Source: Takakia lepidozioides (lineage: Eukaryota; Plantae; Bryophyta). Taken from it: a DNA stretch of 64,000 nucleotides. A program made the position numbers and the translations under genes. Within the stretch, counting starts at the first letter, position 1. Every line of letters starts with the position of its first letter. Below are positions 50,990 to 62,900 of this stretch, piece after piece. The stretch covers positions 10,788,001 to 10,852,000 of the forward strand of contig CM060733.1 in assembly GCA_030704615.1 (NCBI GenBank), written 5' to 3'. A model generated the notes under the pieces. It was not told the DNA's origin and made no database searches. It worked only from the letters and a program-made list of their open reading frames with translations.

Positions 50990-51248
50990 CTCATTACAGT
51001 CTGTCAACAGCCCAGGTGGTGTGCTAATGAGCTGAAAGTAATGGCCAGCTTCTCACTGTGTTGGCAACTTTTCCTCCTCTAAATCATACAAAGTGGGTTA
51101 GGTACCTGGCCTGCCTCATCCACTAAGATAGTACCTTCACGATTTCTTCAATATGGGGATGGCATGTCCCTTCTGCAGCAAATATATGCACCAGTTGCCA
51201 ACCGTCTACCTTTGGCTCCTGACTTACACCTCTGCCATCCATCATTTT
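50990..51248 (-). pseudogene. Decayed E2/E+/DYW remnant of the PPR gene
   Basis: Downstream frames give KMMDGRGV, VHIFAAEGTCHPHIEEI and HSEKLAI (51060-51040) with indels. No CxxC or terminal DYW. Confidence 0.8.
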
Positions 51249-54200
51249 CTACCTTAGCTTTATCGCCCCATCCCTTTCAACAATGTTTCTTGCCACACGT
51301 TCTGCTCGGACCAAGTCGCCATGAATTCTGCAGGCACCAAGCAAAGCCCCCCACAACGAGGCATCTGGTTCAATTGGCATTTTTCCGATTATGTCCTCTG
51401 CCTCATCCAATCGCCCTGCACGGCCAAGAAGGTCCACCATGCATCCAAAATGCTCCACTGAAGGTGTGAGGCCATGATTGCGGCTCATGCCATCAAAATA
51501 GTGAAGGCCTTCTTCCACTAGGCCCACATGGCTGCATGCAGAGAGAACGGAGATAAAGGTGATACTGTTTGGCTGCAAGCCTTCCAGTTGCATTTGTTCA
51601 AATAGTTGCAGGGCCTCGCAGGCACAACCATGCTGGGCGCATCCTGCTATTATTGCACTCCATGAAACTGAATCTCGCATAGGCATGTTATCAAAAACTT
51701 GACGTGCATCCTTTATGCTCCCACATTTGGCGTACATGTCAACAAGGGCATTGTCCAAATTAACATACGACAGAATTCCAGCTGTGATGATGTCAGCATG
51801 GACCTCCTTGCCCTTTTCCAGGGCTCCTAAGCTGGCACATGCAGTGAGAATGCAAATGAATGTGACCCTGTCAGGTGCCACTCGTTTGTATTGCATTTGT
51901 TCATACATTTTCAAAGCTTCCCTACCACAGCCATACTGAGCATGTCCAGCAATCATTGCATTCCATGACACCACATTGCGTTCTGCCATATTGTCAAACA
52001 CTTCATGCGCATCCTCTATGCTTCCGCATTTGGCATACATGTCAACAAGAGTTGTGTCCAATACAGTATCTGGCACGATTCCAGCTTCGATGATGTCAGC
52101 ATGGATTTTCTTGCCAGTTTCCAGGGCTCCTAGGCTTGCACATGCATTGAGAACACAAATGAACGTCACCCTGTTTGGGGTTACCCCTTCTCCTTGCATT
52201 TCCCCATAGATATTCAAAGCCTCCCTGCCACAGCCATGCTCAGCATACCCTGCAATCATCGCACTCCATGTGACCACATCTCGTTCAGCCATATTGTCGA
52301 AAACTTGGCGGGCATCCTTTAGGCTCCCACATTTGGCATACATATCCATAAGGGAAGTCTCCAAAACATTATCTGCCACAATCCCACTTTTGCTGAGGTC
52401 AGCATGGATCTGATTGCCCTTTCCCAGATCCCCTAAGCTGGCACAAGCATTGAGAATGCAAATGAATGTCACCTTGTCAGGTGTCATCCCTTCCAATTGC
52501 ATTTCCTTGTAGACTTTGAAAGCTTCCCTACCACAGTTATGCTGGGCAAATCCAGCAATCATAACACTCCACACAACTGCATCTCGTTTGGCCATGTTAT
52601 TGAATACGGTGCGTGCATGCTGTATTCCACCACATTTGGCATACATGTCCACCAGGGCAGTCTCCAAATTCGCTGAGCCAATTCCAGAATTGACAATGTC
52701 AGCATGGACCTTGACACCCTTTCCCAGGGCTCCTAGGCTGGCACAAGTTTTGAGAACACAAATAAATGTCCAAGTGTTGGGCGTCACCCCTTCTGATTGC
52801 ATTTGTTCATAGACCTTGAAAGCCTCTGTACCACACTCACACTGGTTATATCCTGCAATCATTGTATTCCATGATCCCACATCTTTTTTGGCCATAGTGT
52901 CGAACACTTGATGGGCATCTGCTATGCTCCCACATTTTGCATACATGTCAATGAGAGCAGTCTCCAAACGCAGTGATCCAATTCCAGTATCAATGATGTC
53001 AGCATGGACCTTTACGCCCTTTTCCAGGGCTCCTAGACTGGCACACGCTTTAAGAATGGAAATGAATGTCACCCTGTCAGGTGCCACCCATTCCCATCCC
53101 ATTTGTCCATAGATTTTGAAAGCCTCCAATGCACACCCACCCTGAACATATCCTGCAATTATTGCATTCCATGATCCAACATTTCTTTTAGCCATATTGT
53201 CGAAGACTTGTTGCGCATCCTTCATGCTCCCACATTTGGCATACATATTGATAAGGCCATTGTCCAGATTGATACATGACCCATTTCTAGCAGCAATTAT
53301 GGCAGCGTGGACATCCCTGCCCTTTCCCAGGGCCCCTAAAGCTGCACATGTATTGAGAACACAAATGAAAGTGCCACTGTCCGGTATCACTCCTTCTTGC
53401 TGCATTTCTGTATAGATCTTGTAAGCCTCACTACCACACCCACCATGAGCATACCCTGCAATCATCACACTCCATGAGACCAAATCCCGTTTAGGCATAT
53501 TGTTAAATACTTGACGTGCATTCTTCAGGCTCCCACATTTGGCATACATGTCCACAAGAGTATTGTCCAGAATAACATATGATTCAATTCCAGATTTGAT
53601 AATGTCAGTATGAATTTCTTTGCCCTTTTCTAGGGCTCCTAAGCTAGCACATGCATTGAGTGTGCAAATGAATGTCACCCTGTTGGGTGTCACCCCTTCC
53701 CATTGCATTTGCTTATAGATCCTGAAAGCCTCTTCACCACACCCACAGTGGGCATATCCTGCAATCATAGCATTCCATACGCCAACGCTCCGTTTGGGCA
53801 TGTTGTCAAACACTTGGCGCGCATCCTTTATGCTCCCACATTTGGCATACATGTCCACAAGAGCAGTATCCAAAATGACCTCTGATACAATCCCAACTTT
53901 GAGTATGTGAGCATGGATCTCCTTGCCCATTTCAAGGGCTCCTAAGCTGGCACAAGCATTGAGAACACAACTGAATGTTACCATGTTTGGCATCACCCCT
54001 TCCGCTTGCATTCTTTTATAGAAATTGAGAGCCTCCCTACCAAACCCATGCTGAACATACCCTGCGATCATCGCACTCCAGGAGACCACATTTCGTTCAG
54101 GCATTTTGTCAAACACTTGGCATGCATCCCTTAAGCTCCCACATTTGGCATACATGTCAATAAGAGTATTTTCCAAATTGATATATGAAGGAATTCCAGC

Positions 54201-54803
54201 TTTCATGATGTCAACATGGACATCTTTGCCCATTTCTACAGCTCCCAGTCTGGCACACGCGTTCAGAACACATATGAATGTGACCCTGTCAGGTAAGACT
54301 CCTTCCCGTTGCATTTGCTCATAGATGTTCAAAGCCTTTTCAGCATGTCCATGCTTGACATATGCTGCCACCATCATGGTCCATGTAAACATATCTCGTT
54401 GAGGCATTTTGTCAAACACTTGGTGTGCATCCCTCAAGCTCCCGCATTTGGCATACATGTTGATAAGGGTGTTGAGTAGAAAGATGTTTGGCTTCACTCC
54501 ATTTTGAACAATCTGGGCATGCACTTGCTTTCCCTTTACTAGGTCTTTCATGTTGATGCACTCCTGCAAGAGCCGAACATAGGTAGTGGAGTCTGCCCTA
54601 TCGCCTCCTCTGTTCCCATTGTGAAGCACCTCCTTAAGTCGTCCCGCCTGACATAGTGTCCTCACATCCACACAAGTGTCCGCCGGGTTCTTGTTTACAA
54701 AATATGTTGGTCCTCTTTCCAATGCAGTGGTGGTTTTGGGGATGCTACCCCTGCCACCAGCCTGATGCCCAACAAATAACTGTGCCTGGGACAACACTGC
54801 CAT
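51249..54803 (-). CDS. PLS-class pentatricopeptide repeat protein, truncated in the E region
   Basis: 1184-aa single ORF of regular L-S-P triplets (MYAKCG, VVSWNAMIAGY, VTFICVLNAC), then P2-L2-S2 (HFGCMVDLLGRAG) and E1 (WGALLGACRIHG) before a premature stop. Confidence 0.92.
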   Translation of the reverse strand: MAVLSQAQLFVGHQAGGRGSIPKTTTALERGPTYFVNKNPADTCVDVRTLCQAGRLKEVLHNGNRGGDRADSTTYVRLLQECINMKDLVKGKQVHAQIVQNGVKPNIFLLNTLINMYAKCGSLRDAHQVFDKMPQRDMFTWTMMVAAYVKHGHAEKALNIYEQMQREGVLPDRVTFICVLNACARLGAVEMGKDVHVDIMKAGIPSYINLENTLIDMYAKCGSLRDACQVFDKMPERNVVSWSAMIAGYVQHGFGREALNFYKRMQAEGVMPNMVTFSCVLNACASLGALEMGKEIHAHILKVGIVSEVILDTALVDMYAKCGSIKDARQVFDNMPKRSVGVWNAMIAGYAHCGCGEEAFRIYKQMQWEGVTPNRVTFICTLNACASLGALEKGKEIHTDIIKSGIESYVILDNTLVDMYAKCGSLKNARQVFNNMPKRDLVSWSVMIAGYAHGGCGSEAYKIYTEMQQEGVIPDSGTFICVLNTCAALGALGKGRDVHAAIIAARNGSCINLDNGLINMYAKCGSMKDAQQVFDNMAKRNVGSWNAIIAGYVQGGCALEAFKIYGQMGWEWVAPDRVTFISILKACASLGALEKGVKVHADIIDTGIGSLRLETALIDMYAKCGSIADAHQVFDTMAKKDVGSWNTMIAGYNQCECGTEAFKVYEQMQSEGVTPNTWTFICVLKTCASLGALGKGVKVHADIVNSGIGSANLETALVDMYAKCGGIQHARTVFNNMAKRDAVVWSVMIAGFAQHNCGREAFKVYKEMQLEGMTPDKVTFICILNACASLGDLGKGNQIHADLSKSGIVADNVLETSLMDMYAKCGSLKDARQVFDNMAERDVVTWSAMIAGYAEHGCGREALNIYGEMQGEGVTPNRVTFICVLNACASLGALETGKKIHADIIEAGIVPDTVLDTTLVDMYAKCGSIEDAHEVFDNMAERNVVSWNAMIAGHAQYGCGREALKMYEQMQYKRVAPDRVTFICILTACASLGALEKGKEVHADIITAGILSYVNLDNALVDMYAKCGSIKDARQVFDNMPMRDSVSWSAIIAGCAQHGCACEALQLFEQMQLEGLQPNSITFISVLSACSHVGLVEEGLHYFDGMSRNHGLTPSVEHFGCMVDLLGRAGRLDEAEDIIGKMPIEPDASLWGALLGACRIHGDLVRAERVARNIVERDGAIKLR

Positions 54804-55717
54804 CCTGCATGACTAAAGCTTCTTTGGGTTCAAAACTTCAAACCCAAATCAACGTTATTGAGAAAAAACTGTAGTCAAACAGTCATCTTGACTTGAAACA
54901 CACCACAAATTGTATTTTTGGCCTGGAGCTCCATAGTGTACATTGATTTTACAACTTCAACCAGATTGTACTCTGCCTGTTATCATAGTGTCCAGCTCTG
55001 CTTTCACCTTGGAGATTTCGACCAAGCCTCACTGCAGAGGACCTCATTTGTGCACGCGTGTCTGAAGTCCGATGACCTCTGGATATTTCTGAGAAAGCCA
55101 CGGAGGCGCACCTTTTGCAGCCATGACTTCAACCGCAGCCTCGTAAGGAGCAAAGCCCAAAGCCACACTTATACAGGGAACAACCTTGAATTAGCCTCTT
55201 GCCTCCCCTGTTACATATTGCTTGTAGCCATAGTTTAGCAGTAGGGTGACTGCTCCTTCAACTCTTGCCTGCTCGTCTTCCAAATGAGAAGAGAAGAGAG
55301 AACTACCTACCGGTACCAGCCGAGACCGACTTTCCTGCTTTTTCACTGCCCCCAAAGATGTAATCCAGTCCCCAATACACCATGATGCAAGCTTCAGTCA
55401 GAAACCCTGCTTGACAAACGCTCATTACGTCCTAAATGAAGAGAGCCAAACCTGTTGTGCCACTACTGTCAAGCGTCTGACAATAAGTCAAACCAAAGCC
55501 CCGTTCTCTTCTCGTCGCTTGCTGGACCTGCCTGGAACGGCGTAAGGCATCCTTCCGTTTCCCTTTCCTATCGTGGGCCGATGATTCTTCGTCCGTTGCT
55601 CAAAATTGCACCTTTCTATGTTGACTGAAATGGCCGAAAGGACCTCCCTTACCTCTCCTCTCTTTACTAGTATGACCTGCCACAGGGATGACATAGAACA
55701 AAGGTGAAGTTGTTTAA

Positions 55718-56465
55718 CACCTAAAGGCCGGCGCGACCCGAATTGGGTCGCAGCCGTTTTCATCCATGGACAGCTTCCATGGATGTACTTGGATGAAAAA
55801 GTTGTCGAAGGAAAAGTGAGCGCTGGGTGGAGGTTTTTACGAGGGAAATTAATGCGCCCCCAAAACCTCGTGAAGCCACGAATTTTCTAAGTCCCAGAAT
55901 CCATAGCCTTGGACCTGCCATGTGGCAGGTGATTCTGTGCACCCATCTATACTCGTGCTTTTGGATTTTTCTAAAAAATTTCACATTCCTGTTCAACTTT
56001 GGGCACTGCACGATTGCAAGTGCATTTGGTTACAATGTGTAGGATCTATGCAGCATTTTCTATGACACTACCAAGTGCACCTCCCCTAATTGCACATACA
56101 ATCAAGCTAGTAGATTTTTTTGGAATTTGGTCCTCCAATTTCAAGAGGAGACCTATAACCCAGCAAGGAATCTCTCTGGGGTGGTAGGGGACTTTGTGAT
56201 GGTAACTTTCATTGGTCAAAGTGATTTTTTTTGTCCACATTTACTTGGACTTTATAGATCCACCATGGTAATTCATTATAATATCCTTAAATTGACGATC
56301 TTTTTTTTGGAAATTTGGTCGACACCTGCGTGGAGTAGGTAAGAACTAGTAAATACGGTTCAATTCCCTGGATGAACCCTGTTGGCAAATATGGGATTAT
56401 TCATGACAATGGGTCCCATTTTGGGGGTGTTTTCCAATTTGGCTCCCGGCGCTTAAGCTTAGGGG
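55718..56465. mobile_element. Non-autonomous TTAA-flanked (piggyBac-like) MITE
   Basis: TTAA at 55714-55717 and 56466-56469. Left end CACCTAAAGGCCGG vs right end reverse complement CCCCTAAG(CTTAAG)CGCCGG: 11/14 match once a 6-nt insertion is removed. Subterminal near-palindrome gcgacccgaattgggtcgc. Confidence 0.55.
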
Positions 56466-57921
56466 TTAAGCCTGGGGTTCCACAGGAATCACTAACCTGG
56501 CTGTGATGGATCCAGGTGAGGCTACTTCACCTTTTCCGTTGCAGGAAATGCTAGTAAGAGAATAAGGGAGTGAGGCTTTGAGCTCTTTCAAATCTCAATG
56601 TTGATTGTGTAAAAATATTAACTGTTTTTGCTCTGAATGGTTTGGTGGATCTATGGGCTTGTACCTACAAGGACAGGAGTTACCTTTTAAGAGACACTGA
56701 TGCTCTTCCTACTTCTACTGTTGCTTCCTATGATATGAAAGTGAGGATACAGACCTGTTTCTGAGAAGGGCCTACCTTGTTTGCATCTGATTGCCACTTA
56801 GTACACCCAGGAACTGGTTTTCCAGCAAGGATATGTCAAAGGAGGTATGGAGGCAGATCTGGGTAGAGACAATTTGATGGTGTTGTTAAAAGAGGCAAAC
56901 ACACCACATCATGTTTAGTGTTTCCTTGCCTAGCTCTGACATGCTATGTAATCTCCCTCTGCCCTGCACACAACCCAGAGTGACGGGCAGAAGCCTCCTG
57001 TGTCCTGCACACTCCCCAGGCATGTCATTTCTGTGGTAAATGCAGGGCTATAAAACTAAAATCAATAACCCTGCAACTGGGAAAGGCTCCCGGAGTGTTA
57101 TCTCTGGTTCTTGCAGATATAATATTCTCTCTTTCTTTAGACAAGCTCCAACCCCCTCTCCCTCTCCCCCCCCACCAAAACTATGGCAAAGAGCAAGACA
57201 CAATTTCCCTTCCACCAGATTTGGGAAAGCTCTTTGTAATATGCCTGGCTTCCATTGTTTTGGATCAGCATATCAGATCTAAGACCTCACCCCCAGCTAA
57301 ACACAGAGCAGCAATCCAAACAGACATGGCTGCGAGAAACACCTGCTCATTCCTTCACAGGAAGGTAGCTGACCTGCCCCAAAGTCTGAAAGTTACTCGT
57401 CCAAGTTTTCATTTTACATATTTACCCAAACCCTCACGATGGAACTGCACGACAAGTTCCCCCTTGACTGTATATGACAGTGATCAGCTTTTAGTTACAC
57501 ATGAAAGGTGAAAGCACATCCCACAATCACAGGAGAACCTGCATGACAACGAGGGGTGGTACAACCTACTCATTATGGTTGCCAGGCATTGCTCGTGATG
57601 TATGAAGCTGCTACGCTGTTCAAAGGCATGTTTCAAAGGATAGTGCAAGAGAACCCAGCACCTTGGTCCCATCAAGATTAAGCTAAAGTGTCAACAAGCA
57701 AGAAATTCTAGGACAGTAGACTGCTAGTAGCCTATTACAACCTCATAATCTTACAGAGGCTAAGCAAACTTGCTGATTTTGGGAGTCATGAATAGCAAGA
57801 GATAGTGTCCTTCCCAGCTTGTGGCCGCGTTCAAGTCTACCCTCCTGGTCTCTCTCTCTCTCTCCCCCTCTGTATCTCATTTCATATTTTTCCAAAGAAT
57901 ATTATATATCTTACAGAAGTC

Positions 57922-59223
57922 TCAGTAGATGAATTGAGGCACCTGCAGAGGAAATCTGGCCACGAGTGCATTGAAAGTTGCGCCCTCTGGGCGGCTGAGC
58001 TTGCCTGGAACAAAGGTGAAGTCTCCATCGAGTGATCCGGTCTTGGCACTAAGGCCAGTACAGCTCTCATACACAAACTCCTCTGCTCCTGCCACTAGGA
58101 GTGGATACATACCAACGACTGCCTCCCCTTGCACTTCCGTCGTAGTACCATTGGCACATATGATCCAGTGGCGGCGGGAAAGTTGGCATGCGACGAGCGG
58201 ATGAGCAGCCTGCCCATGAACGCAAGGCAAAAGGCGCATGCGCACAGAATAGGAAAACCAGTAGCTATCCTCCTGCTCCTCCCCCACGCGAGAAAACTCT
58301 GGGACAAACACTCCAGAACAACGCACCTGAACACCTCGTGTAACAGCGACAGTGCAATATGGCTCAGTCTCGGGGTAGAGGCTGATGCTGCGACTGCCCT
58401 TATCTGTGCGTACTCGGAACATGCCTGTCTCGAGGCCGTGTGCATACCACTCCAGCCACCGTAGCATGCCATCCTGCAGCTCTCCCTCTCCTTCCGTGGA
58501 TTGGGCTGGTACACACAGCATCATCTCTCCATCTATCAGCAAGTTTTTGGTGCCCACATACACATTGCCGTCATCACAGTCCAAGAAGAAAAATTTATTC
58601 AAGTTGCATGAGGCTGCGATAATGATGCGTCGAGAATCCTGGGGAAGCTGGAGACGAGGCAGGATGTGGTGTGTCATATTTTGCACCTGGCGCAGAGACA
58701 AAAGATGGACATTCACAAAATGGCGACCGAAGTTGTAGCCGCCCATGAGCCCCACGAACGTTGGCTCATCTGTCACAAATTCCTCAGAAAACTTCTGACC
58801 ATTACACAGGCGGTACAGCAGGCGCGCTGATGTAGGGAGACGGCGGCCCAGGCTCGACTCTGTTTCTTCCAGCTCCTGCTGCGACGCACCTGGTGCCAGC
58901 GACTCCGCAATCTCATGAAAGTGCTCCTGCATCCACCCCCCAAGCCTGTCCCAACAGCGTTTGGTGCGGGACACCAATGAGGTTGGGTACAATTGGAACT
59001 CCTTCTTCCATGCCTCATAAGCTGCCTTAAAAGAAGAACAAGCACTACCCAGAGTATCATGATGAGAGGAAATCGAGAAATCGCAATGGCAGAAATGTTT
59101 CCATATGTTGTCCTCGTACGCAGTGACGCGCCATAGCCTTGACACACAGGCAGCCCGGGCGCAGTCGCTGGCGTCGACCTTGGACAGCACTTGCTGCAAC
59201 AACGCCCCGGGCAGCTGCTCCAT
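57922..59223 (-). CDS. SKIP16: F-box protein SKIP16-like (F-box + SMI1/KNR4 + ApaG), single exon
   Basis: F-box MEQLPGALLQQVLSKV..ACVSRLWR; SMI1-like LAPGASQQELEETESSLGRRLP..LYRLCNGQ; ApaG YWFSYSVRM, QLSRRHWII, VQGEAVVGMYPLL, FVYESCT. Confidence 0.9.
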   Translation of the reverse strand: MEQLPGALLQQVLSKVDASDCARAACVSRLWRVTAYEDNIWKHFCHCDFSISSHHDTLGSACSSFKAAYEAWKKEFQLYPTSLVSRTKRCWDRLGGWMQEHFHEIAESLAPGASQQELEETESSLGRRLPTSARLLYRLCNGQKFSEEFVTDEPTFVGLMGGYNFGRHFVNVHLLSLRQVQNMTHHILPRLQLPQDSRRIIIAASCNLNKFFFLDCDDGNVYVGTKNLLIDGEMMLCVPAQSTEGEGELQDGMLRWLEWYAHGLETGMFRVRTDKGSRSISLYPETEPYCTVAVTRGVQVRCSGVFVPEFSRVGEEQEDSYWFSYSVRMRLLPCVHGQAAHPLVACQLSRRHWIICANGTTTEVQGEAVVGMYPLLVAGAEEFVYESCTGLSAKTGSLDGDFTFVPGKLSRPEGATFNALVARFPLQVPQFIY

Positions 59224-59923
59224 AGCAAACCACGTCCCGTGCTCCACTGATCTCCTCTCCCTCTCCACCACACCAATGCACACTCTCAACCAAATGGATC
59301 GACTTAAGGTATAGCACTGCTTTGATTTCTAGAGAGTCTTCCTTGGTTATATTCTTTTCCTTTTGTTTGTCGGGACTCGGGAGCGACTCCGGACTGCTAA
59401 AAAAATCGCAGACTTGATCCTCTTTCTTAGTGAGCTCGTCATGAGGTTTTCTTCTTCTCTGGAGTTATATATTTTTGGAGAGAGTGATTTGTATAACAGT
59501 GATCATACCGTCCCCCTCCAGGTGCAATAGATTGCAGTGCTTCTGGCCTAATTCCCAATGTTAGAATCTGTGGAACATTAAAAGTGTTAACAAACAACAA
59601 CACTGCACTGACAATGCAATTGGATAATGAGGATCCAAAGCCTGATGGGACCCATTTCGTGATTGGGAATTCTGAACATCCAAGATGAAATTACATGATT
59701 GTGGAACCTGCATTGATCCATAGGCTCTCCATTACAGGTAAATAAAGTTTGTCTCATGTCCACCGAGTTCATGCAGCCCATGAACAGATAAAGTAACATT
59801 ATTGTTGAAGGGTTGAACCTATGATCAGCCTGCCAGGTCAGGGAGAGCCAACAAATTGAATGCCTTCTCCCTATTGCAAAAGTATCTACCCTTTGCCCAT
59901 CACAAAATGCAGTGCACTTTGTT

Positions 59924-62900
59924 TCACCAATACTCCCCACAAGAACAAACCCCATCTTGGAAGTGATGAAAGCGGTTGGCATCTCGTACAACAATCGCTC
60001 GCTCAACAATCTTGGAGATGAACTTGGTGGCTGTGTGGCAGTCGCCGCACACCCTAAGGTTCTTGATGATGCAGATAGGCATCCCAGAGGGCAAGCTGAG
60101 GAGCCCATAAGCAATGGCAAGTTTCTCACTGTGATAACAAAGAGAAACCTGCTTTTGCTCCTCGTCCACATTGTGCAATGCAAAGCGTGTGTCAGGTACA
60201 TACCCGGCCTCCTTCATCTGCACAGACAATCTCTTGAGCTGAGCATGAATTTCCTTGATTTGTGGATGTGCTTTGTCATCCACAATGAAGGTATGCACCC
60301 GGTTGTTGACCTCAATGCAGCAGCGACCTGGCACCTTTCTGACACCTATGTCCTTCATCATTTTCCTCACCTTTGCAGCATCGACCCACCTGCCAGCTGC
60401 AGCATAGATGTTTGATAACATCACATAAGTGGCAGCATGCTGCGGATTGCACTTGAGAAGGCCTTTAGCTGCACGTTCTGCCATGTCCACATTGCCATGA
60501 ATTTTACAGGCACCAAGCAAGGCCCCCCAAACCAACACATCTGGTTTGATCGGCATATTGTTAATGAAGTTCTCTGCCTCATCCAAGTGCCCTGCACGGC
60601 CAAGAAGATCCACCATGCAGCCAAAGTGCTCCATTGAAGGAATGAGGCCATGACGTTGACTCAAGGAATAAAAGTAGTGTCTACCTTCATCCACCAGGCC
60701 CCCATGACTACATGCAGAGAGAACACATGTCAAAGTGATACGGTCCACTTTCAAGCCTTCCTGTTGCATTTGGTCAAATAGTTGCAGAGCGTCCCTACCA
60801 TACCCATGCTGAGCATATCCTGCAATCATGGCACTCCATGAGACCATATCTTGTTCAGCCATATTGTCAAAAATTTGACGCCCCTCCTTCAAGCTCCCGC
60901 ATTTGGCATACATATTAACGAGGGCAGAGTCGAGAATAATGTCTGGCCCAATTCCAGCTTTGATGATGTCAGCATGAATCTCTTTGCCCTTTTCCAGGGC
61001 TACCAGGCAGGCACACGCATTGAGAATGGAAATGAATGTCACCTTGTCAGGCATGCCCCCTTCCTGTATCATTTGCTCATAGGTCTCTGAAGCCTCCCTA
61101 CCAAAACCACTCTTAGCATATCCAGTGATCATCACATTCCAAGATACCACATCTCGTTGGGCCATCTTATCAAACACTTGGCGTGCATCCTTGATGTTCC
61201 CACATTTGGCATACATGTTGACAAGGCTATTTTGCAGGATGATATTTGGCTCAATTTCAGCTTTGACTATGTCAGCATGGATCGCTTTGCCCCTTTCCAG
61301 GGCTGCCAGGCTGGCACATGCATTGAGAGCACAGATGAATGCGACCTGGTCGGGCACTACCCCTTGGCTTATCATTTGCTCATATGCCTCCAAAGCCTCC
61401 CTACCACACCCACATTTAGCATACATGTTAACAAGGGCAGACCCCAAGATGATATCTACCGCAACTCCAGCTCTGATGATGTTAACATGGATCTGTCTGC
61501 CCTTTTCCAGGGCTGCCAGGCCAGCACATGTATTCAAAACACAAATGAAGGTGACCCTGTCAAGCACCACCCCTTCACATATCATCAGCTCATAGGTTGC
61601 CAGAGCCTCCCTAACATACCCATTTTGAGCATATCCTGAAATCATCGCATTCCATGAGACCACATCTCGCTCACCCATACTTTCGAACACCTGACGCGCA
61701 TCCTTTATGCTTCCACATTTGCAATACATATCGATCAGTGTATTCTGCAGAATAGTATTTGTCTCAATCCCAGCTTTGACAATGTTAGCATGGATTTCTT
61801 TGCCCTTTTCCAGGGCTGCCAGGTTGGCACACGCATTGAGAATGCAAACAAAGGTAACCTGGTTGGGCATCACCCCTTCTTGTTCCATTTGCTCATAGGT
61901 CTCCAAAGCCTCCCTCCCACACCTATGCTGGGCATATCCTGTGATCATTGCATTCCATGAGACCAGATCTCGGTGAGCCATGTTGTCAAACACCTTCCGC
62001 GCATCATTTATGCTCCCACATTTGGCATACATAGCAACAAGGGCGCAGTCCAGAATGATATCTGGCTGAATTCCAGCTTTGATGAAGTCAGCATGGACCT
62101 CTCTGCCCTTTTCCAGGGCCCCTAGGCTGGAGCATGCCTTCACAGCGCAAATGAAGGTAACCCGGTCAGGCATTACCCCTTCCTGTATCATTTGCTCATA
62201 GGTTTCCAAAGCCTCCCTACCGCACCCATGCTGAGCATATCCTGTGATCATTGCATTCCACGAGACCACAGCTCGTTGAGCCATATTGTCAAACACTTTA
62301 CGTGCATCCGTCATGCTCCTACATTTGGCATACATGTCTATTAAGGTATTCTCCAGGGTTACATTGGGCATAATTCTGGCTTTGATGATGTCAGCATGAA
62401 CCTCTTTGGCCTTTTCCAGGGCTCCCAAGCTGACACATGCCTTCAGAGCACAGAGGAAGGTGACACGGTCAGGCATAAACCCTTCCCCTATCATTTTCTC
62501 ATATGTATCCAGGGCCTTCCTACCATACCCATGTTTGGCATATCCTGCCATGAGTATAGTCCATGTAAACATATTCCGTTCAGGCATTTTGTCAAACACT
62601 AGGCGTGCATCCACAACACTCCCACACTTTGCATACATATTGATGAGGGTGTTGTATAAAAAGAGGTTTGGCTTAAATCCGTTTTGGATTATGTGGGCAT
62701 GCACCTGCTTTCCGTCTGCTAGGCCTTTCATCCTGATGCACTCCTGCAGGAGATAGATATAAGTATTGGAGTCTGCCGAAATGCCTTGTTCGTTCAAATT
62801 CTGCAACACATGCCTCAGTTGTCCTGCCTTACACAGTGTCCTCACAATCCCACTAGTGCCAGAGGAGTTCTTGTGGACTTCCTCTCTTGGTCCTCTTTCA

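Noticed and set aside
59924-60330. U-to-C (DYW:KP-type) editing factor
   Set aside because: The domain has the canonical PG box, HSEK and an xYW end, so it is the ordinary C-to-U type.
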